Below are positions 8,740-18,742 of a stretch of 64,000 bases of DNA, in pieces. The translations under genes and the position numbers were made by a program. How positions within the stretch are numbered: the first letter of the stretch is position 1; each line of letters starts with the position of its first letter. Origin of the DNA: an uncultured Candidatus Binatia bacterium (GTDB lineage Bacteria > Desulfobacterota > Binatia > Bin18); the NCBI GenBank assembly GCA_965214605.1, contig OZ243961.1, positions 2,656,001 through 2,720,000 of the forward strand, read 5' to 3'. The notes beneath the pieces are model-generated. The model was given only the letters and a program-made list of their open reading frames with translations. It ran no database searches and was not told the DNA's origin.

Positions 8740-9243
8740 ATGCCAGTCAAAGCCGGTTGGGAAGGTCGGTATTATGAAGATTTTGAGATCGGGGACGTGT
8801 ACCGCTGTCGGCTCGGTCGGACGGTGACCGAAAACGATAACATCTGGTTTACCTTGCTGACCAACAATACCAACCAGATCCATTTTAATGCCGAGTACGG
8901 TAAACAGACCGAGTTTGGTCAGTGTCTGATCAACAGTGTCCTGACGCTGGCGATTGTTGCCGGACTCGGTGTGGCCGATGTGAGCGAGAATGGCTTTAAC
9001 CTGGGCTGGGATAACGTCACGCTGCCCAACCCGGTGTTTGCCGGGGATACCCTGTACTCCGAGTCTGAAGTCCTGGAAAAGCGCGAGTCCCGGTCCAAAC
9101 CCCAGTGGGGGATCGTCAAGGTCGAAACGCGTGGGGTCAAACAGGACGGCACCCTGGTATGTCAGTACACGCGTAATGTTATGGTCTGGAAAAAGGCTCA
9201 CGCGCCGAAACGGGATCTCTTCCCCGCATTAAAACCCGCCTAA
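8740..9243 (+). CDS. MaoC family dehydratase
   Basis: GRYYEDFEIGD, RTVTENDN, PVFAGDTLYSESEVL. Confidence 0.9.
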   Translation: MPVKAGWEGRYYEDFEIGDVYRCRLGRTVTENDNIWFTLLTNNTNQIHFNAEYGKQTEFGQCLINSVLTLAIVAGLGVADVSENGFNLGWDNVTLPNPVFAGDTLYSESEVLEKRESRSKPQWGIVKVETRGVKQDGTLVCQYTRNVMVWKKAHAPKRDLFPALKPA

Positions 9244-9273
9244 CGCCGCTGTCTGGACTGGGAACGCGCCGCC

Positions 9274-10413
9274 ATGGAATGCCAACGCCATCTCTTTGCC
9301 CTGCCCGAGGATCAGCACTATCTCAACTGCGCGTACATGTCTCCGCTGCTGAAATCGGTCGAAGCGGCCGGCATTGCCGGGCTGCGGCGCAAGGTCAATC
9401 CAGCCGGGCTTGTTCCGGGGGATTTCTTTGACGAAACACAAGAGGTGCGCCGCCGCTTTGCCCGCCTTGTCCATACGCAGGCTGAGCGGATCGCGTTGGT
9501 GCCGGCCGTCAGTTACGGCGTTGCCATTGCCAGTCACAATACGCGGCTCCGGCACGGGCAAAACGTGGTCATCCCCGGCGAGGAGTTTCCGAGCAATGTC
9601 TATGCCTGGATGGCGCAGTGTCAGCACAGTGGAGCACGTCTGCGTTTTGTTACGCGTCCGGACCCGGGTTCGTCCGACAGCTGGACCGTCCGCCTCCTTG
9701 ACGCCATAGACCGCCATACCGCGGTCGTGACTCTCAGCACGGTTCATTGGACGGACGGTACGCCGTTTGATGTAAACCAGATTGGACGACGGGCACGCGA
9801 AGTCGGCGCGCTGTTTGTTGTCGATGGCACGCAGTCGATTGGGGCCCAGGCGTTTGACTTTGCCGACGTACAGCCGGACCTCCTGGTGTGCGCCGGCTAC
9901 AAGTGGCTACTCGGTCCCTACCAGTACGGTTTTGCGGTGGTGGGCGACCGCCTGCTTAATGCGGAACCGTTTGAACACAACTGGATTACCCGTAAAAACA
10001 GCCAAGACTTCGGCGCTCTGGTCAACTATCAGACCGAGTTTCAGGCTGGGGCGCAGCGGTTTGACGCTGGCGAGCGGTCCAATTTTATTCTAGTGCCGAT
10101 GGTGGTTGCCGCACTCAAACAGCTGGACCGCTGGGGTATCGCCAATATTCAGGCGTATTGCGCCCGGCTCAGCAGCGGACTGGCCGAGGTGCTCAGAGAC
10201 AGCCCGTTGACGGTGGCCGCCGAGCGCTCAGCCCACCTGTTTGGGGTGCAGCTCCCCGACGCCGGGCAGATGCCGGCCGTTCTTGCCGAACTCCGCAGAC
10301 GCCAGGTGTACGTGTCTCAACGCGGGAGCTCAATCCGTGTGTCCCCGCACGTCTATAATCGGCCCGAGGATATCTCGGCCCTAGCCGAGGCGTTGCTCAT
10401 CGCGGTAGGATAG
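9274..10413 (+). CDS. Aminotransferase class V PLP enzyme (cysteine desulfurase / selenocysteine lyase-like)
   Basis: YLNCAYMSP, VDGTQSIG, GYKWLLGP, IRVSPHVYN. Confidence 0.9.
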   Translation: MECQRHLFALPEDQHYLNCAYMSPLLKSVEAAGIAGLRRKVNPAGLVPGDFFDETQEVRRRFARLVHTQAERIALVPAVSYGVAIASHNTRLRHGQNVVIPGEEFPSNVYAWMAQCQHSGARLRFVTRPDPGSSDSWTVRLLDAIDRHTAVVTLSTVHWTDGTPFDVNQIGRRAREVGALFVVDGTQSIGAQAFDFADVQPDLLVCAGYKWLLGPYQYGFAVVGDRLLNAEPFEHNWITRKNSQDFGALVNYQTEFQAGAQRFDAGERSNFILVPMVVAALKQLDRWGIANIQAYCARLSSGLAEVLRDSPLTVAAERSAHLFGVQLPDAGQMPAVLAELRRRQVYVSQRGSSIRVSPHVYNRPEDISALAEALLIAVG

Positions 10414-10494
10414 GCTGCCGACGCCGTGGCTTCTGCCATGCAGGGATCGTCCCAAGAGCATTTCAAGAGCAATCCATGACTAGTGAGGAGAAGC

Positions 10495-10962
10495 ATGACA
10501 CATGACGCTGAGGTGAGAGCACTGTTTGAGAAAGAGCGCATTAAAGAAACCACCCATCGCTACTGTTATAGCGTGGACCGGGGCTCACTTGAGGAGCTCA
10601 TGGACTTGTTTGCCGACCCGTGTGATCTCGTGCTCGTGCCCGGTGAGCGGTTTGCCGGCCGGGCAGCTGTGCGGGACTGGTATGGGGCGTATATCGAGGG
10701 GCGGCCTGAGGTGCTCCGCCACCTGATTCACAATCAGCTTATCAGCCTAGACGGCGACCGTGCCCGAGTCAAGAGTTACTTTGATGCGGTTGCCGATCTC
10801 AAAGGTGAAGCCATTGTCGGCGCGGGCTTTTATGATGATACCCTTCGGCTGTGCGATGGGCAGTGGAAATTCACCGAAAAGATAATCACGGTCGATTTTC
10901 TGGTTCCGCTCAAAGACGGCTGGGGAGGGAATGAAAAGATCCGGGTGTCGCCCTGGTGGTGA
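10495..10962 (+). CDS. SnoaL-like / NTF2 family protein
   Basis: RYCYSVD, LRHLIHN, GFYDD...GQWKF. Confidence 0.85.
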   Translation: MTHDAEVRALFEKERIKETTHRYCYSVDRGSLEELMDLFADPCDLVLVPGERFAGRAAVRDWYGAYIEGRPEVLRHLIHNQLISLDGDRARVKSYFDAVADLKGEAIVGAGFYDDTLRLCDGQWKFTEKIITVDFLVPLKDGWGGNEKIRVSPWW

Positions 10963-11089
10963 CCTTGTGATGGAGGGGTGGGGGAGAGCCGGGCAGGAGG
11001 CCGGTTTGGGAGCGGTGACCGGCCGAGTGTCCACCAAGCGCCTTGAAGCGCTCGGCGCCCTTTCTCCGAGAGCTGTAACGGTGACGACG

Positions 11090-11773
11090 TTAGGTGGGCT
11101 GCTTTCTGCCCGTGTATCCGGGTGGTCTGGGAAACGGGGTGCCGTATGCATTGAGCCAGCTGACCTCTTCGACCGCTCTGCGAGTGACCGGCCCAAAGCG
11201 GCCTAGCGGGTAGCCAATAGGAATGAGCGCATAGGTCGTAATGGTATCTGGCAGGTCGAGGATCTTTTTCATGTCGGCTTCATACTGCGTGGTCACCGAG
11301 GTCAGCGTTGCGCCTAAACCCACAGCCCGGCAGGCCAACAGGATATTTTGTACCGCGGGGTAAATGCTGCCGCTCAGAATCCGAATGAAGTTCTCGGCAT
11401 TTGGTCCCTTCTTACGCTTGGCGTGGAGGCGGCGTTCGCGTAAACACGGGACGATCAGCACGGGAGCCTCGGCTAAGTGATCGGCGAGGTAGGAGGCGGC
11501 GCGGACATTGTTGTCGGTCTCGGGCGTAAGTCCAGCTGCGGCGTACTCCTTCAGAGCACGCCGCCAGCCGTGTTGATAGAGGGCCGCGATTTTCTGTTTG
11601 CGCTCTGGGTCGGTCACCACCACAAATCGCCAGGCTTGGACGCCGCCTCCGCTCGGTGCTTGAGTGGCGGCTTCGAGGATACGATAGATCAGTTCGTCTG
11701 GGACAGGATCAGGTTTGAGGCGTCGCATGCTGCGACAGGTGTACATGATGTCGAACAGGTCGTGTTCGGCCAT
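11090..11773 (-). CDS. Nitroreductase family protein
   Basis: RSMRRLKPDPVP, APSGGGVQAWRFVVV, QNILLACRAVGLG, IPIGYP. Confidence 0.93.
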   Translation of the reverse strand: MAEHDLFDIMYTCRSMRRLKPDPVPDELIYRILEAATQAPSGGGVQAWRFVVVTDPERKQKIAALYQHGWRRALKEYAAAGLTPETDNNVRAASYLADHLAEAPVLIVPCLRERRLHAKRKKGPNAENFIRILSGSIYPAVQNILLACRAVGLGATLTSVTTQYEADMKKILDLPDTITTYALIPIGYPLGRFGPVTRRAVEEVSWLNAYGTPFPRPPGYTGRKQPT

Positions 11774-11794
11774 GCTTGGGGCGCTCCTTATTTT

Positions 11795-12511
11795 TTAATG
11801 AACCCGATACGCCACCAGGCGTGTCACGCTTTTTTGTGCCGTGCCTTCGCTGCTGATAGCTTTGACCAAGCCGACTCCTCGGGCGTACCACTCGGTATGA
11901 AGCAGCAAAAATTCCGAGGTTTTTTTGCGCGGGTCCGGCACTATGCTGAGTGTCCGCGTCTCGACTCTGAGACAGTTGCGAAAGGTCCCGGCCGGCACCT
12001 GTATGGCGCTCGGGTCAATCCAGGCGGTGGCCGACGAGTGGTTCTTCCCTCCGCTCGACATGATCCAGGTGTCCAGACTCATGCGCCAGTGTGTTTTTTT
12101 CACAAACGGACTCGGCATGATTTGGTCAAACCCCTGACCCAGCCGGGTATCCCAGACGCGGTCCCCCTCAGAGTCCAGCCACGGATAGCGGTATAAAAAC
12201 CCGTTTTTGTGAAAATAGGCAACCGTGCTTCTGGCCCCAGGGGCGCGAGGGGTAAGCGGTTCGTAGTCCTCGGCAACCACGTAGGACAACTGCCCGAATA
12301 GCGGCCAGTTGTCTTTAACGACGGTCTCGGTCATGTAGTAGTGATAGTCTCCGCCCGAGAACCTCACCTCATGCGTCCAGGTGTTATGCATGGCCAGAGG
12401 GAAGAAGTCGGCCGCCCTGAGCACAGTCGGCTGGGGAGAGAAGAGCGTGGCGAGTGACCAGGCAATGCCGACGGCTGTGGTAAACGCGAGAAGCCCTTTC
12501 CCCATGTCCAT
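11795..12511 (-). CDS. Exported beta-rich hypothetical protein
   Basis: N-terminal hydrophobic segment; FFPL..W, IQVPAGTF, WYARGVGLVK motifs. Confidence 0.7.
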   Translation of the reverse strand: MDMGKGLLAFTTAVGIAWSLATLFSPQPTVLRAADFFPLAMHNTWTHEVRFSGGDYHYYMTETVVKDNWPLFGQLSYVVAEDYEPLTPRAPGARSTVAYFHKNGFLYRYPWLDSEGDRVWDTRLGQGFDQIMPSPFVKKTHWRMSLDTWIMSSGGKNHSSATAWIDPSAIQVPAGTFRNCLRVETRTLSIVPDPRKKTSEFLLLHTEWYARGVGLVKAISSEGTAQKSVTRLVAYRVH

Positions 12512-12584
12512 ACCATATACTGTTTACCCCTCGGTGACGCAAGCGTTTTCACAAACGGCCGGCTGAGGTGTTCTTCTAATACAG

Positions 12585-13154
12585 ATGGAGCAGCAAACAC
12601 AAGTCCCGCCCTTTCCTGAGTTGGTGGAACGTCACCAGAGGGCGGTATATCGCTATCTCGTGCGCTTTACCCAGGACCCACACGATGCCCAAGATCTGTT
12701 TCAAGAGACGTTTTTACGCGCCTACCGGGCATATACCCGCGCGCAAAAGAGGCAAGAGCGCCGGGGCGAGATGCATTATCGGGCCTGGTTGATGCGGATC
12801 GCTGTAAACGTATCCAAGAACTATGCGCGCGACCGCCAACGCCGGGGCCGGGTGCTCGTGGCTGGGAACTGCGAGCAGGCCAAAGATGCTGCCTCGTGGC
12901 TCGGAACCGGAGCAGACATGGAGGAAACCATGACCGCCAGCGAGACGACCCGGACTTTACTGGCCGTCATTGAGACCCTGCCCTTCCGGCAGCGTGCCGC
13001 TCTCGTCCAACGCCAATTCGAGGGCCTGGACTATCAGGTCATTGCCAATAATCTGGCGTGTTCGCAGGACACCGCGCGGGCTCATGTCTATCAGGCGCTT
13101 CGCAAGTTGCGGCTCGCCCTCGCTCGGCGGGACACCGACGCCAAGGAGGACTAG
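12585..13154 (+). CDS. ECF RNA polymerase sigma factor
   Basis: Region 2 DAQDLFQETFLRAY..WLMRIAVN; region 4 LPFRQRAAL..GLDYQVIA..TARAHVYQALRKLR. Confidence 0.95.
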   Translation: MEQQTQVPPFPELVERHQRAVYRYLVRFTQDPHDAQDLFQETFLRAYRAYTRAQKRQERRGEMHYRAWLMRIAVNVSKNYARDRQRRGRVLVAGNCEQAKDAASWLGTGADMEETMTASETTRTLLAVIETLPFRQRAALVQRQFEGLDYQVIANNLACSQDTARAHVYQALRKLRLALARRDTDAKED

Positions 13155-13157
13155 GCT

Positions 13158-14180
13158 ATGACAAAACCATGCGGATTTTCAGAACGCCACCTTATTGCCG
13201 AGGCGTTCGGTGAGGCCAAGGCTGAGCTGACTCAACAGGTGGGCAGGCATGTGGCCGGCTGTTCTTCGTGTACCGAGCTGCTCGAACAGTATCGGACGCT
13301 GCGCGCCCGCTTACGGGACTGGCCGCCGCCCGATCCCGCCCAAGAGGCCGAGGGCCTTTGGCGCGCCCGGCAGGCGCTTGAGGCGCGGCTGCACGAGGGG
13401 CAGCGTCCGCGGCTGCGCGTCGAGCTGTGGCACTCTCCGGTCGGAGATATTTTGCTTGGGGCGACCCACAAAGGGGTGGTTTTTGTTGAGTTCAAGCGCC
13501 CCCACCAATCGTCAGCCCAGCTCGCGCGCTTAGAGCACGACCTGAGGCCTGAGCAGGCCGGGCCGGATACCGCTGCCTTCATCCAACAGCTCGACGAGTA
13601 TTTTGCCGGAACACGTCGCACGTTTGACTGGACGCTGGACGACCGTTTGATGCGCAGCGACTTTCAGCGTCGGGTGCTGCGGGCCACAGCCGCCATTCCC
13701 TACGGCACGGTCATGAGCTATCAAGGCCTCGCCGATATCATTGGACAACCCACAGCGGTCCGCGCTGTTGCCCAAGCGCTGCGGCACAACCCGGTTCCTA
13801 TCCATATTCCGTGTCATCGGGTGTTGGGGAGTGATGGGCGCTTGACCGGCTATGCCGGTAACCTCGTCGATATCAAACGCGATATTCTTGAGACGGAAGG
13901 GATTCCGGTCAGACACACGAGGCGGGGCTTAGCCATTGTCAAGGCCCGGATGTATGTGGGCTGGCGTTCCCGCTCCTGTCTGTGTCGGCCTGACTGTCCG
14001 AGCCTTCAGGGGCAAACCGCTGGCGAACGGGTATTGGTCCCCTCTCGGACGCGCGCCCGTGAACTCGGCTACGAGCCCTGCTCCCGGTGTCATCCCGACC
14101 TGTACCCCTTGGAGGCGGCGGAACTGCCCGCGTCCCCGTCCACCCTGGGCGTAAGGCGGCAGATTGGCGCTGAGCCCTAG
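13158..14180 (+). CDS. Fusion: zf-HC2 anti-sigma domain + O6-methylguanine-DNA methyltransferase + C-terminal Ada Zn-binding domain
   Basis: HVAGCSSC (HxxxCxxC); IPYG..SY..RAVAQAL..NP..IPCHRV; CRPDCPS...GYEPCSRCHP. Confidence 0.88.
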   Translation: MTKPCGFSERHLIAEAFGEAKAELTQQVGRHVAGCSSCTELLEQYRTLRARLRDWPPPDPAQEAEGLWRARQALEARLHEGQRPRLRVELWHSPVGDILLGATHKGVVFVEFKRPHQSSAQLARLEHDLRPEQAGPDTAAFIQQLDEYFAGTRRTFDWTLDDRLMRSDFQRRVLRATAAIPYGTVMSYQGLADIIGQPTAVRAVAQALRHNPVPIHIPCHRVLGSDGRLTGYAGNLVDIKRDILETEGIPVRHTRRGLAIVKARMYVGWRSRSCLCRPDCPSLQGQTAGERVLVPSRTRARELGYEPCSRCHPDLYPLEAAELPASPSTLGVRRQIGAEP

Positions 14181-14184
14181 CCCT

Positions 14185-14517
14185 ATGGCTGGCCATCTTC
14201 CCGCCTTTTATGCCGCGGTCTACCGTCTGGTCGCCCGCGTTCCTAGGGGCAAAGTGGTGACCTATGGGCAGATAGCCGCTCTGCTTGGAGCACCGCGCGC
14301 GCCGCGGGCGGTCGGGACAGCCCTGCGCCACCTGCCTCCCCCGCTCTCGCGCACCGTTCCCTGGCAACGGGTCATTAACGCCTCGGGCGGCATCAGCATA
14401 CGCGGGGATTTCATTCGGGCCGAACAGCAACGCTGGCTGCTCGAAGACGAGGGCATCGAGTTCGGTCGCCACGGCAAGGTTGATCTCGACAAGTATCGCT
14501 GGGCAGGTCCCAAATGA
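14185..14517 (+). CDS. Alkyltransferase-like protein (ATL/YbaZ)
   Basis: VPRGKVVTYGQIA..PRAVG..VPWQRVIN (Trp in place of the catalytic Cys). Confidence 0.92.
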   Translation: MAGHLPAFYAAVYRLVARVPRGKVVTYGQIAALLGAPRAPRAVGTALRHLPPPLSRTVPWQRVINASGGISIRGDFIRAEQQRWLLEDEGIEFGRHGKVDLDKYRWAGPK

Positions 14518-14556
14518 TGGAGACCGCCCAAGTGGAAGACACCGCCCTGAGAAGCC

Positions 14557-15876
14557 TCAGCACAGGCCGTGCAGTCGCCCCGCCTCCTCCTTCAGCTCAT
14601 CCCGGAAGTCCGGATGGGCGACGGCGCTCAACTCCCGAGCTCGCTCTCGCAGGCTCTTTCCGCACAGGGTCGCAATCCCGTACTCGGTCACCACAAAGTC
14701 AACAAACGCGCGGGGTGTCGTCACCACCGTCCCTGGTGCCAGGGTTGGCACGATGCGGGAAATACGACGGCCGTCGAGCAATGAACTTGAGGGCAGGGCA
14801 ATAATAGATTTGCTGCCGGCCAAGCTGGCGGCGACGCAGAAGGCGGTCTGTCCCCCCGTTCCGGTAAACTGCTGGGGGCCGATCGACTCGGAAGCGACCT
14901 GGCCGGTCAGGTCAATGCTGAGCGCGTTGTTGATCGCCGTAAAGTGGGGATCTTGGCATAGCAGACGGATGTCGTCGGTATAATTGAAGTCGTACAGTTC
15001 AAAGACGGGGTTGCCGTCAATGAAGTCCAACTCTTCAGGGCTGAGCATGGGATGAAAGCCGGTCCCCACGACTATTCCGGTATGGCGCGTTTTGTTTTTC
15101 CCGGTCAGCACCCCGGCCTGGATGAGGCCAATCACCCCGGGCGGGATAATTTCGGTCTGCATCCCCAGATCATTCTTGCCGTACATATAGGCAGGCAAAG
15201 GACTCGTCATATCACCGGCTCCGATTTGAATTGTCTCGCCATCCTGAATCAGCTCATTGACGATGGACATGCAGATCGTGTCGATCGCGTCCTGTTTTTC
15301 CTGGCTGTAGACTTCCGGACTGATCGTTGGCGGGCCGATGGTTGGCGGGCGTTCCACACAGCGGTCGATGGCGGAGATATGGATATAATTCTCGCCGCCG
15401 GTCCGAATAAAGCTCGGATCAATTTCGGCGATGACCCGGTCGGCCCGTTGGGCCATCAGCGGTGACATGCCGACGCTGGTACCGTAGCTGCAGTAGCCGT
15501 GCCGGTCTGGGGGCGACACGCTGACCATATACACATCAAGGGCGTCAAGGCCGTGGGGCAAGGACTCGGCCCGGAAACACGAGACCGGAATATAGTCCAT
15601 CCCGCCTTTGTGCATCAGGCCCCGCTCGCGACGGCTCAAGTACCAAGACTCCAGTCGAAAGAAGTCCGTTATGCCGGGAATATCCCAGTTATAGAAAGAG
15701 ATCAGCGTGTTTAAACACAGCCCGCGTAACGCTTCTTTTTGCTCAACCAGGGCCTGACACAGGACAAATGGCGTTGCCTGGATGCCGGCTATGTAGACGG
15801 TGTCGGTCGGTTTAATGAGTGCGATTGCCTGTTGGGGAGTCACGAGTTTGTTGCCGCAGAGAGAGTGCCAGTCCAT
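14557..15876 (-). CDS. Acetyl-CoA hydrolase/transferase (4-hydroxybutyrate CoA-transferase-like)
   Basis: VSPPDRHGYCSYG, INNALSIDLTGQVASE, GTGGQ, VVTEYGIA. Confidence 0.92.
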   Translation of the reverse strand: MDWHSLCGNKLVTPQQAIALIKPTDTVYIAGIQATPFVLCQALVEQKEALRGLCLNTLISFYNWDIPGITDFFRLESWYLSRRERGLMHKGGMDYIPVSCFRAESLPHGLDALDVYMVSVSPPDRHGYCSYGTSVGMSPLMAQRADRVIAEIDPSFIRTGGENYIHISAIDRCVERPPTIGPPTISPEVYSQEKQDAIDTICMSIVNELIQDGETIQIGAGDMTSPLPAYMYGKNDLGMQTEIIPPGVIGLIQAGVLTGKNKTRHTGIVVGTGFHPMLSPEELDFIDGNPVFELYDFNYTDDIRLLCQDPHFTAINNALSIDLTGQVASESIGPQQFTGTGGQTAFCVAASLAGSKSIIALPSSSLLDGRRISRIVPTLAPGTVVTTPRAFVDFVVTEYGIATLCGKSLRERARELSAVAHPDFRDELKEEAGRLHGLC

Positions 15877-15962
15877 AGCGGGGCTCCTTGTGCTCGGGCG
15901 TCCTCGTCGGCTGACGCGGGCGGGTTCGCCAACGGTGACCACCAGCCGCCCGAATACCAAGC

Positions 15963-16931
15963 CTAGGGGGTTAAGATGAGTTTCCCGACGGATTGGCGGG
16001 ATTCTATAAATCGATGCGCCTCGGCAGCCTCAGCCAGTGGATAGGTCTTGCCTATCAGGAGCTTGAGTTTGCCATCCTCAATGAGCTGAAACGACTCGGC
16101 AATCCCTTTTTGATGCAGCTCCGGTATGGCCGAGGCGGTGTACAGGCCAAAACAGCTGACCTTGAGCGAGTTCTGAAACAGACCGAAGACGTTCAGCGGC
16201 TCGGGGGCTCCACCGGCCTGACCGTAGAGGATTGCATGGCCGAACGGGGCTAGGCATTTGAGTCCTTTGGCAAAGGTCGGTTTCCCGACCGCGTCGAGGA
16301 TAAGATCGACACCCCTGCCGTCGGTCAGCTTTTGGGTTTCTTCGACAAAGTCTTGGCTCTCATAATTGATGACCGCGTCTGCCCCATACTGCTGAGCCAG
16401 CGCGGCCTTGGCATCGCTTGAGACGGTTCCGATCACCCGCGCGCCGGCCGCTCTGGCGATCTGCATGGCGACCACGCCCACCCCGCCGGCCGCCGAATGT
16501 ACGAGCACGGTTTGGCCCGGTGTGGTCTGATGACAGGTGTGCAACAGGTGGTAGGCCGTGAGGGTTTGAATCGGAAAGGCCGCGCCCTGCTCAAAGCTGA
16601 CCGAATCGGGGAGCACCATCACCTGGTCGGCCGAGACGAGCGCATATTCGGCGTAGGTCCGTATCCCGATGGCCGCGACCCGCGTTCCTGGTGTGATATG
16701 GTCGACTCCCTCTCCAACCGCTTCGACCACGCCCGAGGCTTCGAGTCCGGGCGTATCTGGGAATCGTGGCTGCATGACGTACTGGCCCTGGCGGAAGCGT
16801 GTATCCGCAAAGTTAATCCCGATGGCCTGATTTTTAATCAACACCTTCCGTGGTCTGAGTTCAGGAGTTGGGGCATCGCCCAGTTTCAGGACCTCAGGGC
16901 CACCGACCGTCTCAAACAGAATGGCTTTCAT
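15963..16931 (-). CDS. NADPH:quinone oxidoreductase (MDR family)
   Basis: GINFAD, PGLEASG, VHSAAGGVG, GKLIL. Confidence 0.93.
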   Translation of the reverse strand: MKAILFETVGGPEVLKLGDAPTPELRPRKVLIKNQAIGINFADTRFRQGQYVMQPRFPDTPGLEASGVVEAVGEGVDHITPGTRVAAIGIRTYAEYALVSADQVMVLPDSVSFEQGAAFPIQTLTAYHLLHTCHQTTPGQTVLVHSAAGGVGVVAMQIARAAGARVIGTVSSDAKAALAQQYGADAVINYESQDFVEETQKLTDGRGVDLILDAVGKPTFAKGLKCLAPFGHAILYGQAGGAPEPLNVFGLFQNSLKVSCFGLYTASAIPELHQKGIAESFQLIEDGKLKLLIGKTYPLAEAAEAHRFIESRQSVGKLILTP

Positions 16932-17026
16932 GCTGTTCTCCCTTCGCCGCGTTGTATGGTCCTCCTCTGTCCTACCCCAATACCGCAGGTGAGAATAGAT
17001 GGGGGGTATCCCTTGACTGTGCCCCG

Positions 17027-17067
17027 CTGGGTGAGGGAAAAGAGCGGGAAAGTTTTCCCTCACCCAG
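17027..17067. repeat. 15-bp-arm inverted repeat just upstream of the ThDP enzyme RBS
   Basis: CTGGGTGAGGGAAAA-11 nt-TTTTCCCTCACCCAG. Confidence 0.8.
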
Positions 17068-17083
17068 GGATAAGGAGGAACCG

Positions 17084-18742
17084 ATGGCAAGCATCCGCGG
17101 GGAACAGATCATTGGACAAGCGTTAAGGAACGAGGGCGTTGATACTATTTTCTTTATGATGGGCGGCCCCACCTCGGGAACGGCCGCTTCGTGTCTCGCC
17201 CACGGCATGCAGGGCATTTATGTCCGCCATGAGCAAGCCGCCGCCATGATGGCACACGCCTATGCTCGGGTCACCGGGAAACCCGGTATTTGTATTACCC
17301 CGTCGGGGCCGGGAACGGCCAATGCCGTCACCGGTCTGGCCAACGCCTGGGCGGACTCCGCACCGATTGTGGCGATTGGGGGCTCTGCGCCGATACGGGC
17401 CACTACCCTCGACGCGTTCCAAGAGATGGACCAGGTGGCGATGATGAGACCGGTGGTCAAAGCCGCCTACCGGGTTGATATGGTCCAGCGGATTCCAGAG
17501 TACGTCAGCATCGCCTTTCGAGAGGCGCTAGACGGCAAAAAGGGGCCAATCTATCTGGATCTGCCCGGCGACATCTTGGCCGGGAAGGTGGAAGAGGACG
17601 GCCTGTACTGGCCACAAAATTATCGGGTTGAGAGTCGGCCGGCCGGAGATCCGGCGCTGATTCGGCGGGCAGTTGAGCTGCTCCGCCAGGCCGACAAGCC
17701 GATTATTGTTAGCGGCAGCGGCGTGCTGTGGGCCGATGCCAGCCAGGAGCTGCAGCAGTTTGTCGAGACAACCGGTATCCCATTCTACACCACCCCGCAA
17801 GGGCGAGGGGTGGTTCCCGAAGATCACCGCCGCGCGTTTCCGGCGGCCCGCTCCATGGCGTTTCGTGAAGCCGATGTGGTGCTAGTCGTCGGGACCCGGG
17901 CCAACTCCATGCTCTCTTTCCTGCGTGCACCGCGTTTTTCACCCGATGCCAAGTTCATTAATGCCAATCTGGATGGACGCTCCATCGGTCATAACCGGGG
18001 TGTTGAGGTGGGGATTATCGGCGATGCCAAGCTGGTCCTCCAGCAGCTGACTGCAGAGGCGGTCGGAAAATTCGACGGGGTTCAGGAAACGGCCTGGATC
18101 GCCCAGCTCTCGGCCAAGCAACGGTCCAACGAGGAACGCTCGGCCCCGCTGCTGCACTCTGACGCTGTGCCGGTTCATCCTTTGCGCCTGTGTCGGGAGG
18201 TGCGTGAGACTATCAGCCGCGACACAATTTTAGTTGTCGACGGACACGAAATCCTCAACTTTGCCCGCCAGTCGATTCCCATTTACAACGTCGGGACCAG
18301 CCTGAACGCCGGTCCACACGGCTGTATGGGCGTCGGTGTCCCGTTCGGGATTGGCGCCAAGGCGGCCCGACCGGACAAGCCGGTCGTGGTATTGTCCGGC
18401 GATGGGGCGTTTGGCTGGAACGGCATGGAAATGGACTCGGCTATTCGACACAATTTGCCGATTGTTGTCGTCGTGTCCAACAATGCCGGCTTTACCTCGC
18501 GCCAGACCGGCCGAGCAACCGCCAGTAACCTGGGGACGGGGAATGTCGGGCGTGAACTCGGCCACCAGCGCTATGAGAAAGTCGTTGAGGCACTAGGCGG
18601 CCATGGTGAGTTCGTCGAGAACCCGAACGATATCCGCGCCGCAATTGAGCGCGCGATAGCGAGCGGCAAACCAGCCCTGGTCAATGTGTGTACAGACCCT
18701 GAAGCGCAGGCAACCACGGATATGGGATTCGGCGGCTATTAA
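17084..18742 (+). CDS. ThDP-dependent enzyme (oxalyl-CoA decarboxylase / 2-hydroxyacyl-CoA lyase / ALS-like)
   Basis: RHEQAA, SGPG, FQEMDQ, GCMGVG, GDGAFG..NN; RBS AAGGAGG. Confidence 0.9.
   Translation: MASIRGEQIIGQALRNEGVDTIFFMMGGPTSGTAASCLAHGMQGIYVRHEQAAAMMAHAYARVTGKPGICITPSGPGTANAVTGLANAWADSAPIVAIGGSAPIRATTLDAFQEMDQVAMMRPVVKAAYRVDMVQRIPEYVSIAFREALDGKKGPIYLDLPGDILAGKVEEDGLYWPQNYRVESRPAGDPALIRRAVELLRQADKPIIVSGSGVLWADASQELQQFVETTGIPFYTTPQGRGVVPEDHRRAFPAARSMAFREADVVLVVGTRANSMLSFLRAPRFSPDAKFINANLDGRSIGHNRGVEVGIIGDAKLVLQQLTAEAVGKFDGVQETAWIAQLSAKQRSNEERSAPLLHSDAVPVHPLRLCREVRETISRDTILVVDGHEILNFARQSIPIYNVGTSLNAGPHGCMGVGVPFGIGAKAARPDKPVVVLSGDGAFGWNGMEMDSAIRHNLPIVVVVSNNAGFTSRQTGRATASNLGTGNVGRELGHQRYEKVVEALGGHGEFVENPNDIRAAIERAIASGKPALVNVCTDPEAQATTDMGFGGY

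Noticed and set aside
9274-10413. Link between the class V PLP enzyme and selenium metabolism
   Set aside because: About 32 kb from the selenoprotein; substrate cannot be assigned from motifs
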